From positions 124,001-188,000 of the IMG/VR virus record IMGVR_UViG_3300045999_008996: DNA of 64,000 bases, one strand, 5' to 3'. Both the position numbers and the translations under genes were made by a program. Within the stretch, counting starts at the first letter, position 1. Each line of letters begins with the position of its first letter. The notes under the pieces are model-generated. The model was not told where the DNA came from. It saw only the letters and a list, made by a program, of their open reading frames with translations, and ran no database searches. Positions 54,532 through 61,318 of the stretch are shown piece by piece.

Positions 54532-55095
54532 TTATTGTGCCTTATCTTGCGGGCACCAGGAAGACCATTTTTTAGATTTGCTATAAATTCTATTAGCAAC
54601 TTCCATTTTAGTCATATTATAGTGTTCCATAATAGATTGGATACCAACATACTCTTTACCATCAACTATAAAAATTTTTTTTGAGGGTTTAACAAAATTT
54701 AAAATTCTTTTATTTCTTTCTTCTTCAGAAAGAGAATCCCAATGCTTTTTTACAGAGTGTTTGATATTATCTTTATGTTCTTCAGTAATGACTTGTAAAG
54801 GTCTAACTTTTTTTAGTTTTTTGCTAATTTTTAGTTTATGTTCTTCACTTAATGGAGTTCTTCCTTTACTTCCACCACTTTTTCTGTTTAAAAGATTATC
54901 TAATATTGATATTAGATATTTTTCGTGTTTTAATGCATCCTCTTCAGAAAGGTTTTTCTTCAAAAATAATATTTTATCTTTGGTGGGTCTTGGAACATTA
55001 TGATTTTTATGAAATGCTCTACGACCAGTTCCCTTTCCTATGTAATATGGTGTTCCATTTTCACGAAGATATGCATATGTGTAATAGGTCTTCAT
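54532..55095 (-). CDS. GIY-YIG homing endonuclease with NUMOD3
   Basis: YYTYAY..YYIGKG..R..E..LI..N; LSEEHKLKISK. Confidence 0.85.
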   Translation of the reverse strand: MKTYYTYAYLRENGTPYYIGKGTGRRAFHKNHNVPRPTKDKILFLKKNLSEEDALKHEKYLISILDNLLNRKSGGSKGRTPLSEEHKLKISKKLKKVRPLQVITEEHKDNIKHSVKKHWDSLSEEERNKRILNFVKPSKKIFIVDGKEYVGIQSIMEHYNMTKMEVANRIYSKSKKWSSWCPQDKAQ

Positions 55096-55131
55096 ATAAA
55101 TTTTACTATTACATAGTATTATTTATATGAA
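55091..55131 (-). promoter_or_regulatory. Hairpin burying the GIY-YIG start codon, with TATAAATA in its 5' arm
   Basis: Perfect 11-bp inverted repeat TTCATATAAAT/ATTTATATGAA plus an inner 6-bp stem. Confidence 0.8.
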
Positions 55132-55143
55132 TGGCTCCACCAC

Positions 55144-55377
55144 TTAGTTTTGAGAAACTAAGAAAAGTTGGGTTAACTTTGATATCTCGGTAATACCAAA
55201 GAAAGCACATAAGAATAGTACATCCCAAAGTTTAAGTTTAATAGCAAAGGGAACTGTGAGTAATCCTCCAACAACCTTTATCATCAAACCGTATTTAAAT
55301 TCTCCCCATAACATAGTTTGATAACCAATTATGAGGAGAATGTTTCCAATCCACCGAAGTAAATCAGATTTAGACAT
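55144..55377 (-). CDS. Small membrane protein
   Basis: Three hydrophobic segments. Confidence 0.6.
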   Translation of the reverse strand: MSKSDLLRWIGNILLIIGYQTMLWGEFKYGLMIKVVGGLLTVPFAIKLKLWDVLFLCAFFGITEISKLTQLFLVSQN

Positions 55378-55425
55378 AAGGGGTTTTGCTCCCGACCAGT
55401 GCTTTTTAAGTCTCTCCGTGACTAT

Positions 55426-55674
55426 TTACTCACCATCGTCTCTCACATAACAAGGAACACGATCTGGATCTAACCATTTCGCATACTCAATATCCTCCAT
55501 TGCAGTAGAACATTGTAGCACATTATCAAAAAGATAAATGTCATTCCAGCGTTTTGTATACTCGTTTTGCTTTTGCATACGGTAATCGGGTTTGCCGTTA
55601 ATCTCAAGGATACCAACTTCTACGAAACGGTATCCTTCACGTTCCAAAAGAACTTTAGGAAGTCGTGTCATCAC
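55426..55674 (-). CDS. Conserved cyanophage hypothetical protein
   Basis: ING.PDYR.Q..W.D.YLFDN. Confidence 0.65.
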   Translation of the reverse strand: MMTRLPKVLLEREGYRFVEVGILEINGKPDYRMQKQNEYTKRWNDIYLFDNVLQCSTAMEDIEYAKWLDPDRVPCYVRDDGE

Positions 55675-55886
55675 GCCACTTCAACGGATTCAAGATCTGC
55701 AAGGACATACTCCATAAGCATTTCATAATCATCAAGAGGATCACCAGAGAATACTACACCTTCATTCTCATAGAAACGACGAACCTTTTTGTAGAGTTTC
55801 GGATTCTTTACATCAAGGTAGAAGTCACCGTTTGCTGCACCGCGAAGGGTTTGAACGTCTTTCTTGAATTTTGCTGTGAGAGTCAT
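55671..55886 (-). CDS. Conserved cyanophage hypothetical protein
   Basis: KFKKD..TL..AANG...LDVKNPKLYKKVRR.YE. Confidence 0.65.
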   Translation of the reverse strand: MTLTAKFKKDVQTLRGAANGDFYLDVKNPKLYKKVRRFYENEGVVFSGDPLDDYEMLMEYVLADLESVEVA

Positions 55887-55939
55887 TGTTTTGAATGTTG
55901 ACCTTAGTATTATAAGGGTTTGACAGGTAATCTGTCAAG

Positions 55940-56012
55940 TGCTCCTTGCGTGGATCGAACACGCCTCAGGCGAATTATGAGTTCGCTGCATTCACCAGAT
56001 TGCTAAAGGAGC
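55940..56012 (-). tRNA. trnI: tRNA(CAU), probably Ile2 (lysidine type)
   Basis: Anticodon arm GCGAA-CTCATAA-TTCGC resembles the cyanobacterial Ile2 arm and lacks the fMet GGG/CCC pairs. Confidence 0.8.
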
Positions 56013-56016
56013 AAGG

Positions 56017-56104
56017 TACGAGTGGGTGGATTCGAACCACCTCAAAGCCGCTAATCTGGCGGAAAGGCGTTATAAGTGCCCTCTGACTACCAAGTCTCAC
56101 TCGC
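56017..56104 (-). tRNA. trnI: Atypical tRNA-Ile(UAU) with long variable arm and 4-nt D loop
   Basis: GCGAGTG/CACTCGT acceptor, loop CT-TAT-AA, extra CCGC/GCGG arm, GGTGG-TTCGAAT-CCACC. Confidence 0.7.
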
Positions 56105-56142
56105 TTGAACCAGGTCTATTATAGAGGACCTGGAACTCTATG

Positions 56143-56373
56143 TCAAGAACCTTCTTCGTGGTCAGTGTGTATTCGTATCATATCATCATCCACTTTAGAT
56201 TCTACTGCAAACTTTATAGTTTCGTTATATGGAACAATCACTGCGTTTCTTTCTCCATCAGTAATAATAAATGATTCGCCGTTCTCTACTCTTTGTATTA
56301 GATTGTCAAAATCTACTTGAAACTCTTGAACTGTAAATTTTTGGAGATCTGAAAGTTCTGGATACATTTTCAT
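56143..56373 (-). CDS. Orphan Phd/YefM-fold antitoxin-like protein
   Basis: FTVQEFQVDFDNLIQRVENGESFIITDGERNAVIVPY follows the Phd pattern VE.GE...IT....AVIV. Confidence 0.55.
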   Translation of the reverse strand: MKMYPELSDLQKFTVQEFQVDFDNLIQRVENGESFIITDGERNAVIVPYNETIKFAVESKVDDDMIRIHTDHEEGS

Positions 56374-56389
56374 AAAGTGAAGTTTATGA

Positions 56390-56461
56390 TCGGGGTGAGA
56401 GGGATCGAACCTCTGTCTTCTTGCTCCCAAAGCAAGCCGTCTACCGCTGACTTACACCCCG
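56390..56461 (-). tRNA. trnP: tRNA-Pro(UGG)
   Basis: CGGGGTG..CACCCCG-A; TT-TGG-GA. Confidence 0.95.
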
Positions 56462-56578
56462 TTATTTGTTTCTGTGTATAAACATAATACCAGCAAATGG
56501 TACGATTGTCAACCCACATCCACAAAGAAAAAGAAAGAAGGGACTTGCTGCTAATGTTTCAACAAGATGAAAAATCAT
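56462..56578 (-). CDS. Small membrane protein (38 aa)
   Basis: MIFHLVETLAASPFFLFLCGCGLTIVPFAGIMFIHRNK. Confidence 0.5.
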   Translation of the reverse strand: MIFHLVETLAASPFFLFLCGCGLTIVPFAGIMFIHRNK

Positions 56579-56802
56579 CTTCCCCTCCAGTTCTTGTATT
56601 CATAATACATGTATTGGTCGGTTTCGTCAAGCCCCTGTAAAGGAGCATGAACGTCCCAGTGTGACCATTCAATACAGAACTGTTTAATATGTATATCATT
56701 AACAGCAGTCTTTACTCCATACATTCTAGAAAATGAAGACATTGCAAAATGATATTTTTGTCTAATGTGCGGTTCCATTTCCCTTATATTCTTTGGAGTC
56801 AT
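56575..56802 (-). CDS. Hypothetical protein
   Basis: 75-aa ORF with GAGGAGG RBS. Confidence 0.65.
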   Translation of the reverse strand: MTPKNIREMEPHIRQKYHFAMSSFSRMYGVKTAVNDIHIKQFCIEWSHWDVHAPLQGLDETDQYMYYEYKNWRGR

Positions 56803-56870
56803 AGTATCCTCCTCTTGTTCCGAAATAGAGTGTTGTTAAAACAAACGGAATAGAAATGAAAATAAGTGCT

Positions 56871-57893
56871 TTACCTAACATGATGTCCCCCAAACATATA
56901 ACGCATTCCGTTTAGGATTTTTGCTCCGAATGATCCGAGATTGCGTGAGTTAAATCTTTCAAATAGTGCTGTAGTAATAACAGGAGCGGGAACCCCCAGG
57001 TCCACAGCGGCAGAAACAGTCCAACGACCCTCACCACTATCGGATACTCCTCCAGAGAACTGTTTAAGGCTACCATCCCGGCGTAACACATCAGCAGTAA
57101 GATCAAGTAACCAAGACCCAACCACGCTACCGCGACGCCATAACTCAGCAACCTCAGCAACATCAATATCATAACAATAGGATTCGGGGTCTGCCATAGG
57201 GGCGACTTCTGCATCTCCTTCTCTAACATATTTGGCACCCACATTAGCGTTCTTCAGAATGTTGAAACCTTCTGCATATGCTTGCATTATTCCATACTCA
57301 ATACCGTTGTGAACCATCTTCACAAAATGTCCTGCACCTGGACCACCACAATGCAACCAACCAAACTCAGCAGAAGTTACATCCGAGTCATACTGAGTCC
57401 TGGGGGCAGCGTTGATTCCTGGAGCGAGGGCATCAAAAATGCTTGCACAAGTGGCGACCGCAGTATTTCCGCCACCAACCATAAGACAGTATCCACGATC
57501 CAAACCATAAACACCGCCGCTAGTACCACAATCAATATATTGGATACCAAGTTTTGCAAGACGCTCTGCTCTCTTCCGACTGTCTTTAAAATTGCTATTG
57601 CCATGATCAATAATAATATCTCCCTCACCACAATATCGTAGTAACTCATTGATTGTTTCCTCTACAGTTTCTGCTGGCACAACCATTTGAAATATTCCTG
57701 GATTGCCATTACCTTTTACTACTTGAACAAGGCTTTGTATAGTAGTCGTAACACCATTAACATATCCGTTTTCATATGCTTCTTGAGCCTTTTCATAGTT
57801 CCTTCGGTAACCCCAAACCTCAATACCCGCTTTCATCATGCGGCGAGACATTCCTTCACCCATTCTTCCCAAACCAATTAATCCTACTTTCAT
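56871..57893 (-). CDS. gnd: 6-phosphogluconate dehydrogenase (decarboxylating, short type)
   Basis: GLIGLGRMG, IDHGNS, DCGTSGG, GHFVKMVHNGIEYG, DSGEGRW, FGGH. Confidence 0.96.
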   Translation of the reverse strand: MKVGLIGLGRMGEGMSRRMMKAGIEVWGYRRNYEKAQEAYENGYVNGVTTTIQSLVQVVKGNGNPGIFQMVVPAETVEETINELLRYCGEGDIIIDHGNSNFKDSRKRAERLAKLGIQYIDCGTSGGVYGLDRGYCLMVGGGNTAVATCASIFDALAPGINAAPRTQYDSDVTSAEFGWLHCGGPGAGHFVKMVHNGIEYGIMQAYAEGFNILKNANVGAKYVREGDAEVAPMADPESYCYDIDVAEVAELWRRGSVVGSWLLDLTADVLRRDGSLKQFSGGVSDSGEGRWTVSAAVDLGVPAPVITTALFERFNSRNLGSFGAKILNGMRYMFGGHHVR

Positions 57894-57985
57894 AAAACCT
57901 CCGGATATGCGTGTGTAAGTCCCCAATGTATAAAAAGTCCAATAGACGAAAAAAGAAGAATTGTAGATATTATTGTTTTAATCAT
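57890..57985 (-). CDS. Small membrane peptide (31 aa)
   Basis: MIKTIISTILLFSSIGLFIHWGLTHAYPEVL, ATGA-coupled to gnd. Confidence 0.5.
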   Translation of the reverse strand: MIKTIISTILLFSSIGLFIHWGLTHAYPEVL

Positions 57986-58091
57986 CTTCTTCATCTTCGT
58001 AAGCAGATGGTTCTTCAAAGAGTTCTTCCATTTTTTGTTGAAGAACTCTTTTGTTTAGTTTTTGCAAATCTTCTTCTGTGATTGTTACCAT
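57978..58091 (-). CDS. Small acidic protein (37 aa)
   Basis: MVTITEEDLQKLNKRVLQQKMEELFEEPSAYEDEEDD. Confidence 0.55.
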   Translation of the reverse strand: MVTITEEDLQKLNKRVLQQKMEELFEEPSAYEDEEDD

Positions 58092-58294
58092 TAGTTTAAA
58101 GTAATTTTAAGAAATGGAAGTAACGGGGGAATAACTCCAACTAATCTCAAAAGTCCCTCAGCAAATAAAGCAAGAACCACCCAACCGACGCACATACTAA
58201 TGATAGAAGCATTACGGTTGTGTCTTCGGATAGCAGCATCAATCATCTCCTGAACTTCAGAACGTGTGATAAATTCTTCTTGTTCGTGCATCAT
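58091..58294 (-). CDS. Small membrane protein
   Basis: QEMIDAAIRRHNRNASIIS + TM helix. Confidence 0.65.
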   Translation of the reverse strand: MMHEQEEFITRSEVQEMIDAAIRRHNRNASIISMCVGWVVLALFAEGLLRLVGVIPPLLPFLKITLN

Positions 58295-58440
58295 TTTTCA
58301 TCGCCAAGAAATTTTGCAAGAGGGTCTCTTCGGGTTTTTACGATTTCAACTGCTCTTTTGTAGAACATATTATCCATGTTCCCAGAAGATTCAAAAGTTG
58401 CTTTGATCTTCACCCAATTATCGTAGGTGTGTTGATCCAT
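58291..58440 (-). CDS. Small protein (49 aa)
   Basis: MDQHTYDNWVKIKATFESSGNMDNMFYKRAVEIVKTRRDPL.. Confidence 0.6.
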   Translation of the reverse strand: MDQHTYDNWVKIKATFESSGNMDNMFYKRAVEIVKTRRDPLAKFLGDEK

Positions 58441-58555
58441 CGGTTCGTCCCCGTGATACTACTATATACTAATCACAGGTATTTCGATGTCAACTTTTTG
58501 TGTTCATATCGTAACACTGTTGAAAAAATTATTAAATTTGTAACTATTCTTAAAA

Positions 58556-58641
58556 CGGAAGCGGTAGGATTTGAACCCACGAACGCTATTAACGTTGGTT
58601 GTTTTCAAGACAACTGCCATAAACCACTCGGCCACGCTTCC
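58556..58641 (-). tRNA. trnS: tRNA-Ser(UGA)
   Basis: GGAAGCG..CGCTTCC-G; CT-TGA-AA; long variable arm. Confidence 0.95.
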
Positions 58642-58651
58642 AGTAGAAGGT

Positions 58652-58903
58652 TCAACGAACCTCAAAATCCAATCGTTTTACTTTACGTTGGCGTCTTGCT
58701 TCTTGAAAAGCAAGATCTTGCGAAGAAAGAACATTTGATTTTTGTTCTTTCTGGATAGAGTTTAACATAACAATGCGAGATAAGTCAAGTGCTGATATCT
58801 TATCTCCACGAATTGTTGCCATATTAGGACAACCACAGGTCACCGTTTTTGAATGATGTCCTGTTATTTCCTTATTACAATCTTTGCATCTTATTGAAAT
58901 CAT
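58652..58903 (-). CDS. Putative Zn-binding hypothetical protein
   Basis: CKDC..CGCPN. Confidence 0.65.
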   Translation of the reverse strand: MISIRCKDCNKEITGHHSKTVTCGCPNMATIRGDKISALDLSRIVMLNSIQKEQKSNVLSSQDLAFQEARRQRKVKRLDFEVR

Positions 58904-58918
58904 GATTCTTCATCCTAT

Positions 58919-59353
58919 TCATTGCAGGTGTGCTCTTAACTGCCAAACAAACTTACCATGAGATTCCATTAAATCTTGAACTAAATTTGCTGTAGCATAT
59001 GACTTTTGATTTTCAGATTCTTCCGAAATCTCTACCATTAAATCACAAAACTTGGTATTGTTATCAAGAAGCTCTTGAAGCATTTCTTTTGCTCCAGTTG
59101 AACTTGCTGCCTCTTTGATTTGAGTTACCTCAAGCATTCTAGAAAGAGAACTGAGAGGTTTTACATTCAAATAACGCATATGTTCCGAAAGACGATCAAT
59201 CTCTTCAAACATAGTTTCATACTGACCGCCAAAGAGTTGATGAAGTTGAGTGAAGTCTTCACCTACAACATTCCAATGAAATGCCCAAGTTTTATGGAAT
59301 AAAACAAAAAGCGATGACTGTGCATCACTCAAGAGTTTATAAAGTTTTTCCAT
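58919..59353 (-). CDS. dps: Dps ferritin-like DNA-protecting protein
   Basis: HWNVVG.DF..LH..F..QY..E.ID..SE..K..W.L; start re-assigned to MEKLY (track extension overlaps tRNAs). Confidence 0.9.
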   Translation of the reverse strand: MEKLYKLLSDAQSSLFVLFHKTWAFHWNVVGEDFTQLHQLFGGQYETMFEEIDRLSEHMRYLNVKPLSSLSRMLEVTQIKEAASSTGAKEMLQELLDNNTKFCDLMVEISEESENQKSYATANLVQDLMESHGKFVWQLRAHLQ

Positions 59354-59381
59354 TATACTCTTTTTATTTTTATTTATCAAG

Positions 59382-59454
59382 TGGGCAAAGAGGGATTCGA
59401 ACCCCCGACATCCTCCGTGTAAAGGAGACGCTACTACCGCTGAGCTATTTGCCC
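59382..59454 (-). tRNA. trnV: tRNA-Val(UAC)
   Basis: GGGCAAA..TTTGCCC-A; TT-TAC-AC. Confidence 0.95.
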
Positions 59455-59529
59455 TGGCTCCACAACCTGGATTCGAACCAGGGACCAAGTGATTAACAGT
59501 CACCGACTCTACCGCTGAGCTATTGTGGA
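59455..59529 (-). tRNA. trnN: tRNA-Asn(GUU), CCA encoded
   Basis: TCCACAA..TTGTGGA-G-CCA; CT-GTT-AA. Confidence 0.95.
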
Positions 59530-59533
59530 ATGA

Positions 59534-59603
59534 AGGAAGTTACTGGACTTACACCAGTTACGAGGGCATTGTCTGCTTGTCTTGATTCTTTGACTTAACT
59601 TCC
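59534..59603 (-). ncRNA. tRNA-like RNA with collapsed anticodon arm
   Basis: Perfect 7-bp acceptor GGAAGTT/AACTTCC, 5-bp T stem ACTGG/CCAGT with TGTAAGT loop, 3-bp D stem; no canonical anticodon stem. Confidence 0.55.
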
Positions 59604-59643
59604 TTTGGCGTCTTTCTATGCTATCTGCATAACGACTACCAAG

Positions 59644-59715
59644 AGCGAAAGACGAGATTCGAACTCGCAACAACCTGCTTGGAAGGCAGGGACTCTACCG
59701 TTGAGTTACTTTCGC
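59644..59715 (-). tRNA. trnG: tRNA-Gly(UCC)
   Basis: GCGAAAG..CTTTCGC-T; CT-TCC-AA. Confidence 0.95.
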
Positions 59716-59754
59716 AATGAGACAATCATAAACTATTTTAGTTTGATTGTCAAG

Positions 59755-59836
59755 TGTCGATGAGAGGACTTGAACCTCCACAGATTAATCTACTGGAACC
59801 TAAACCCAGCGCGTCTACCAATTCCGCCACATCGAC
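59755..59836 (-). tRNA. trnL: tRNA-Leu(UAG)
   Basis: GTCGATG..CATCGAC-A; TT-TAG-GT; variable arm present. Confidence 0.95.
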
Positions 59837-59930
59837 TTGATGGAGTAAGTATGATATACCTCATAAGGATATAACAGTGACTTACCCTCTATCATTTTAT
59901 ATATTAACAGACTCAAAAGAATCTGTCAAG

Positions 59931-60003
59931 CGTCCTTTGAGAGATTCGAACTCCCGCACATAGGTTCGTAGCCTACTGCTCTATTCCACTGAGCTAAAAG
60001 GAC
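59931..60003 (-). tRNA. trnR: tRNA-Arg(ACG)
   Basis: GTCCTTT..AAAGGAC-G; CT-ACG-AA. Confidence 0.95.
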
Positions 60004-60006
60004 AAG

Positions 60007-60078
60007 TTCTGAGGGTAGGATTCGAACCCACGAATGGCGGGACCAAAACCCGCTGCCTTACCGCTTGGCGACCTCAGA
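60007..60078 (-). tRNA. trnQ: tRNA-Gln(UUG)
   Basis: TCTGAGG..CCTCAGA-A; TT-TTG-GT. Confidence 0.95.
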
Positions 60079-60150
60079 AGCCCTCAATTGGATTTGAACC
60101 AACGACCTACTCATTACTAGTGAGTTGCTCTACCACTGAGCTATAAGGGC
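60079..60150 (-). tRNA. trnT: tRNA-Thr(AGU)
   Basis: GCCCTTA..TGAGGGC-T; ACTCA-CT-AGT-AA-TGAGT. Confidence 0.9.
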
Positions 60151-60152
60151 GG

Positions 60153-60223
60153 GGTGCCGTGAGGGAATCGAACCCTCATATAGAGAACCACAATCTCCTG
60201 TCTTACCATTAGACTAACGACAC
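60153..60223 (-). tRNA. trnH: tRNA-His(GUG)
   Basis: GTGTCGT..ACGGCAC-C; TT-GTG-GT. Confidence 0.9.
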
Positions 60224-60224
60224 A

Positions 60225-60298
60225 AGGCAGTAGATAGATTTGAACTATCGACCATAGGCATATGAGACCCGTGCTCTGCCAGACTGAGCTATACTGCC
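60225..60298 (-). tRNA. trnM: tRNA-Met(CAU), elongator type, weak anticodon stem
   Basis: GGCAGTA..TACTGCC-T; CT-CAT-AT. Confidence 0.8.
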
Positions 60299-60300
60299 AA

Positions 60301-60389
60301 CGGAAGTGGTTGGATTCGAACCAACGGATGCCTATAAAGACATCGGCGGATTAGCAATCCACTGCATTAGACCTCTCTGCCACACTTCC
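60301..60389 (-). tRNA. trnS: tRNA-Ser(GCU)
   Basis: GGAAGTG..CACTTCC-G; TT-GCT-AA; long arm. Confidence 0.95.
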
Positions 60390-60391
60390 AA

Positions 60392-60465
60392 TAGGAATGG
60401 TGAGATTCGAACTCACGACCACACGATTATCAGTCGTGTACTCTAACCAACTGAGCTACATTCCT
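60392..60465 (-). tRNA. trnI: tRNA-Ile(GAU)
   Basis: AGGAATG..CATTCCT-A; CT-GAT-AA. Confidence 0.95.
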
Positions 60466-60466
60466 G

Positions 60467-60541
60467 TGGTATTCCTAACGGGATTCGAACCCGTGCTGCC
60501 ACCTTGAAAGGGTGGTGACCTAACCGCTAGTCGATAGGAAC
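60467..60541 (-). tRNA. trnE: tRNA-Glu(UUC), CCA encoded
   Basis: GTTCCTA..TAGGAAT-A-CCA; CT-TTC-AA. Confidence 0.95.
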
Positions 60542-60589
60542 TTAATGCTGACGGCATTCTGGATTATCAGCTCCAGCGCAAATCAGCAA

Positions 60590-60661
60590 CGACTCTAACG
60601 GGATTTGAACCCGTGATACTACCGTGACAGGGTAGCGTGATAACCGCTTCACTATAGAGTC
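60590..60661 (-). tRNA. trnD: tRNA-Asp(GUC)
   Basis: GACTCTA..TAGAGTC-G; CT-GTC-AC. Confidence 0.95.
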
Positions 60662-60665
60662 AAGG

Positions 60666-60747
60666 TGGGAGGAGCAGGATTCGAACCTGCGAAGGTAGAA
60701 CCGTCTGATTTACAGTCAGATTCCTTTAGCCACTCGGAAATCCTCCC
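60666..60747 (-). tRNA. trnY: tRNA-Tyr(GUA)
   Basis: GGGAGGA..TCCTCCC-A; CT-GTA-AA; variable arm. Confidence 0.95.
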
Positions 60748-60750
60748 AGA

Positions 60751-60823
60751 TGGGTATGGTCGGGTTCGAACCGACGACTTACAGGTTAAAAGCCCGCTAC
60801 TCTACCAACTGAGTTACATACCC
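60751..60823 (-). tRNA. trnK: tRNA-Lys(UUU)
   Basis: GGGTATG..CATACCC-A; CT-TTT-AA. Confidence 0.95.
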
Positions 60824-60939
60824 TTAGAATTAAATTGTCAAGGTTCGGGGTGTGGTCTCTCTCGACCACTTGATTAGAATACCACCTTTTGGACTCTGGG
60901 GGGAGATTGGTGGACACTTAGGAAACTGGTCCAAGCAAC

Positions 60940-60977
60940 AAAAAAGGGGAGGAAACTTTTGGTTTCTCTCCCCTCTA
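60940..60977 (-). terminator. Terminator downstream of tRNA-Arg(UCU) and the long hairpin
   Basis: GGGGAGAGAAACC..TTTCCTCCCC followed by T5. Confidence 0.6.
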
Positions 60978-61004
60978 TTTGCTTTTATGGATTGCATATT
61001 ACAT

Positions 61005-61100
61005 ATGTCTTTCCATTTCAGCAAACAGGGGATTACCCTCAATATGCCAATCACGGCAATCGAGAGTACTAATCTGTTTGGTGGTGATTTGGAAAGACAT
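61005..61100 (-). ncRNA. Candidate rod-shaped ncRNA (~96 nt)
   Basis: Nested inverted repeats ATGTCTTTCCA/TGGAAAGACAT, CAAACAG/CTGTTTG, ATTA/TAAT, CTC/GAG, TGCC/GGCA. Confidence 0.5.
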
Positions 61101-61152
61101 TGTTTTCGACCTAAGTGTTTTTATTTATAAGACTTTTATTTAAAAAGTCTAA

Positions 61153-61226
61153 CGGGTTAGGAGGGACTCGAACCCCCGACCAATTCATTAGAAGTGAATT
61201 GCTCTATCCATCTGAGCTACTAACCC
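61153..61226 (-). tRNA. trnR: tRNA-Arg(UCU)
   Basis: GGGTTAG..CTAACCC-G; CT-TCT-AA. Confidence 0.95.
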
Positions 61227-61318
61227 AAGAGACCTCTCTGTTTGTGCTTCTATGAGAGGCATGAGAGGGGTGAGACTTATATGAGGTTTGGACCCTCACT
61301 GCTCATATGATTATTGTA

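Noticed and set aside
59354-59503. N-terminal extensions of dps, and similar track ORFs at 5219-5293, 56374-56430 and 60665-60877
   Set aside because: They are translations of tRNA genes
59755-59836. tRNA with TAG in its anticodon loop as an amber suppressor
   Set aside because: A UAG anticodon reads CUA (Leu); a suppressor would need a CUA anticodon
60545-60589. Degenerate tRNA-Ile remnant (CTGGA-GCTGATAA-TCCAG) between tRNA-Asp and tRNA-Glu
   Set aside because: Only an anticodon-arm-like hairpin; no acceptor or T arm, so it could be chance spacer structure
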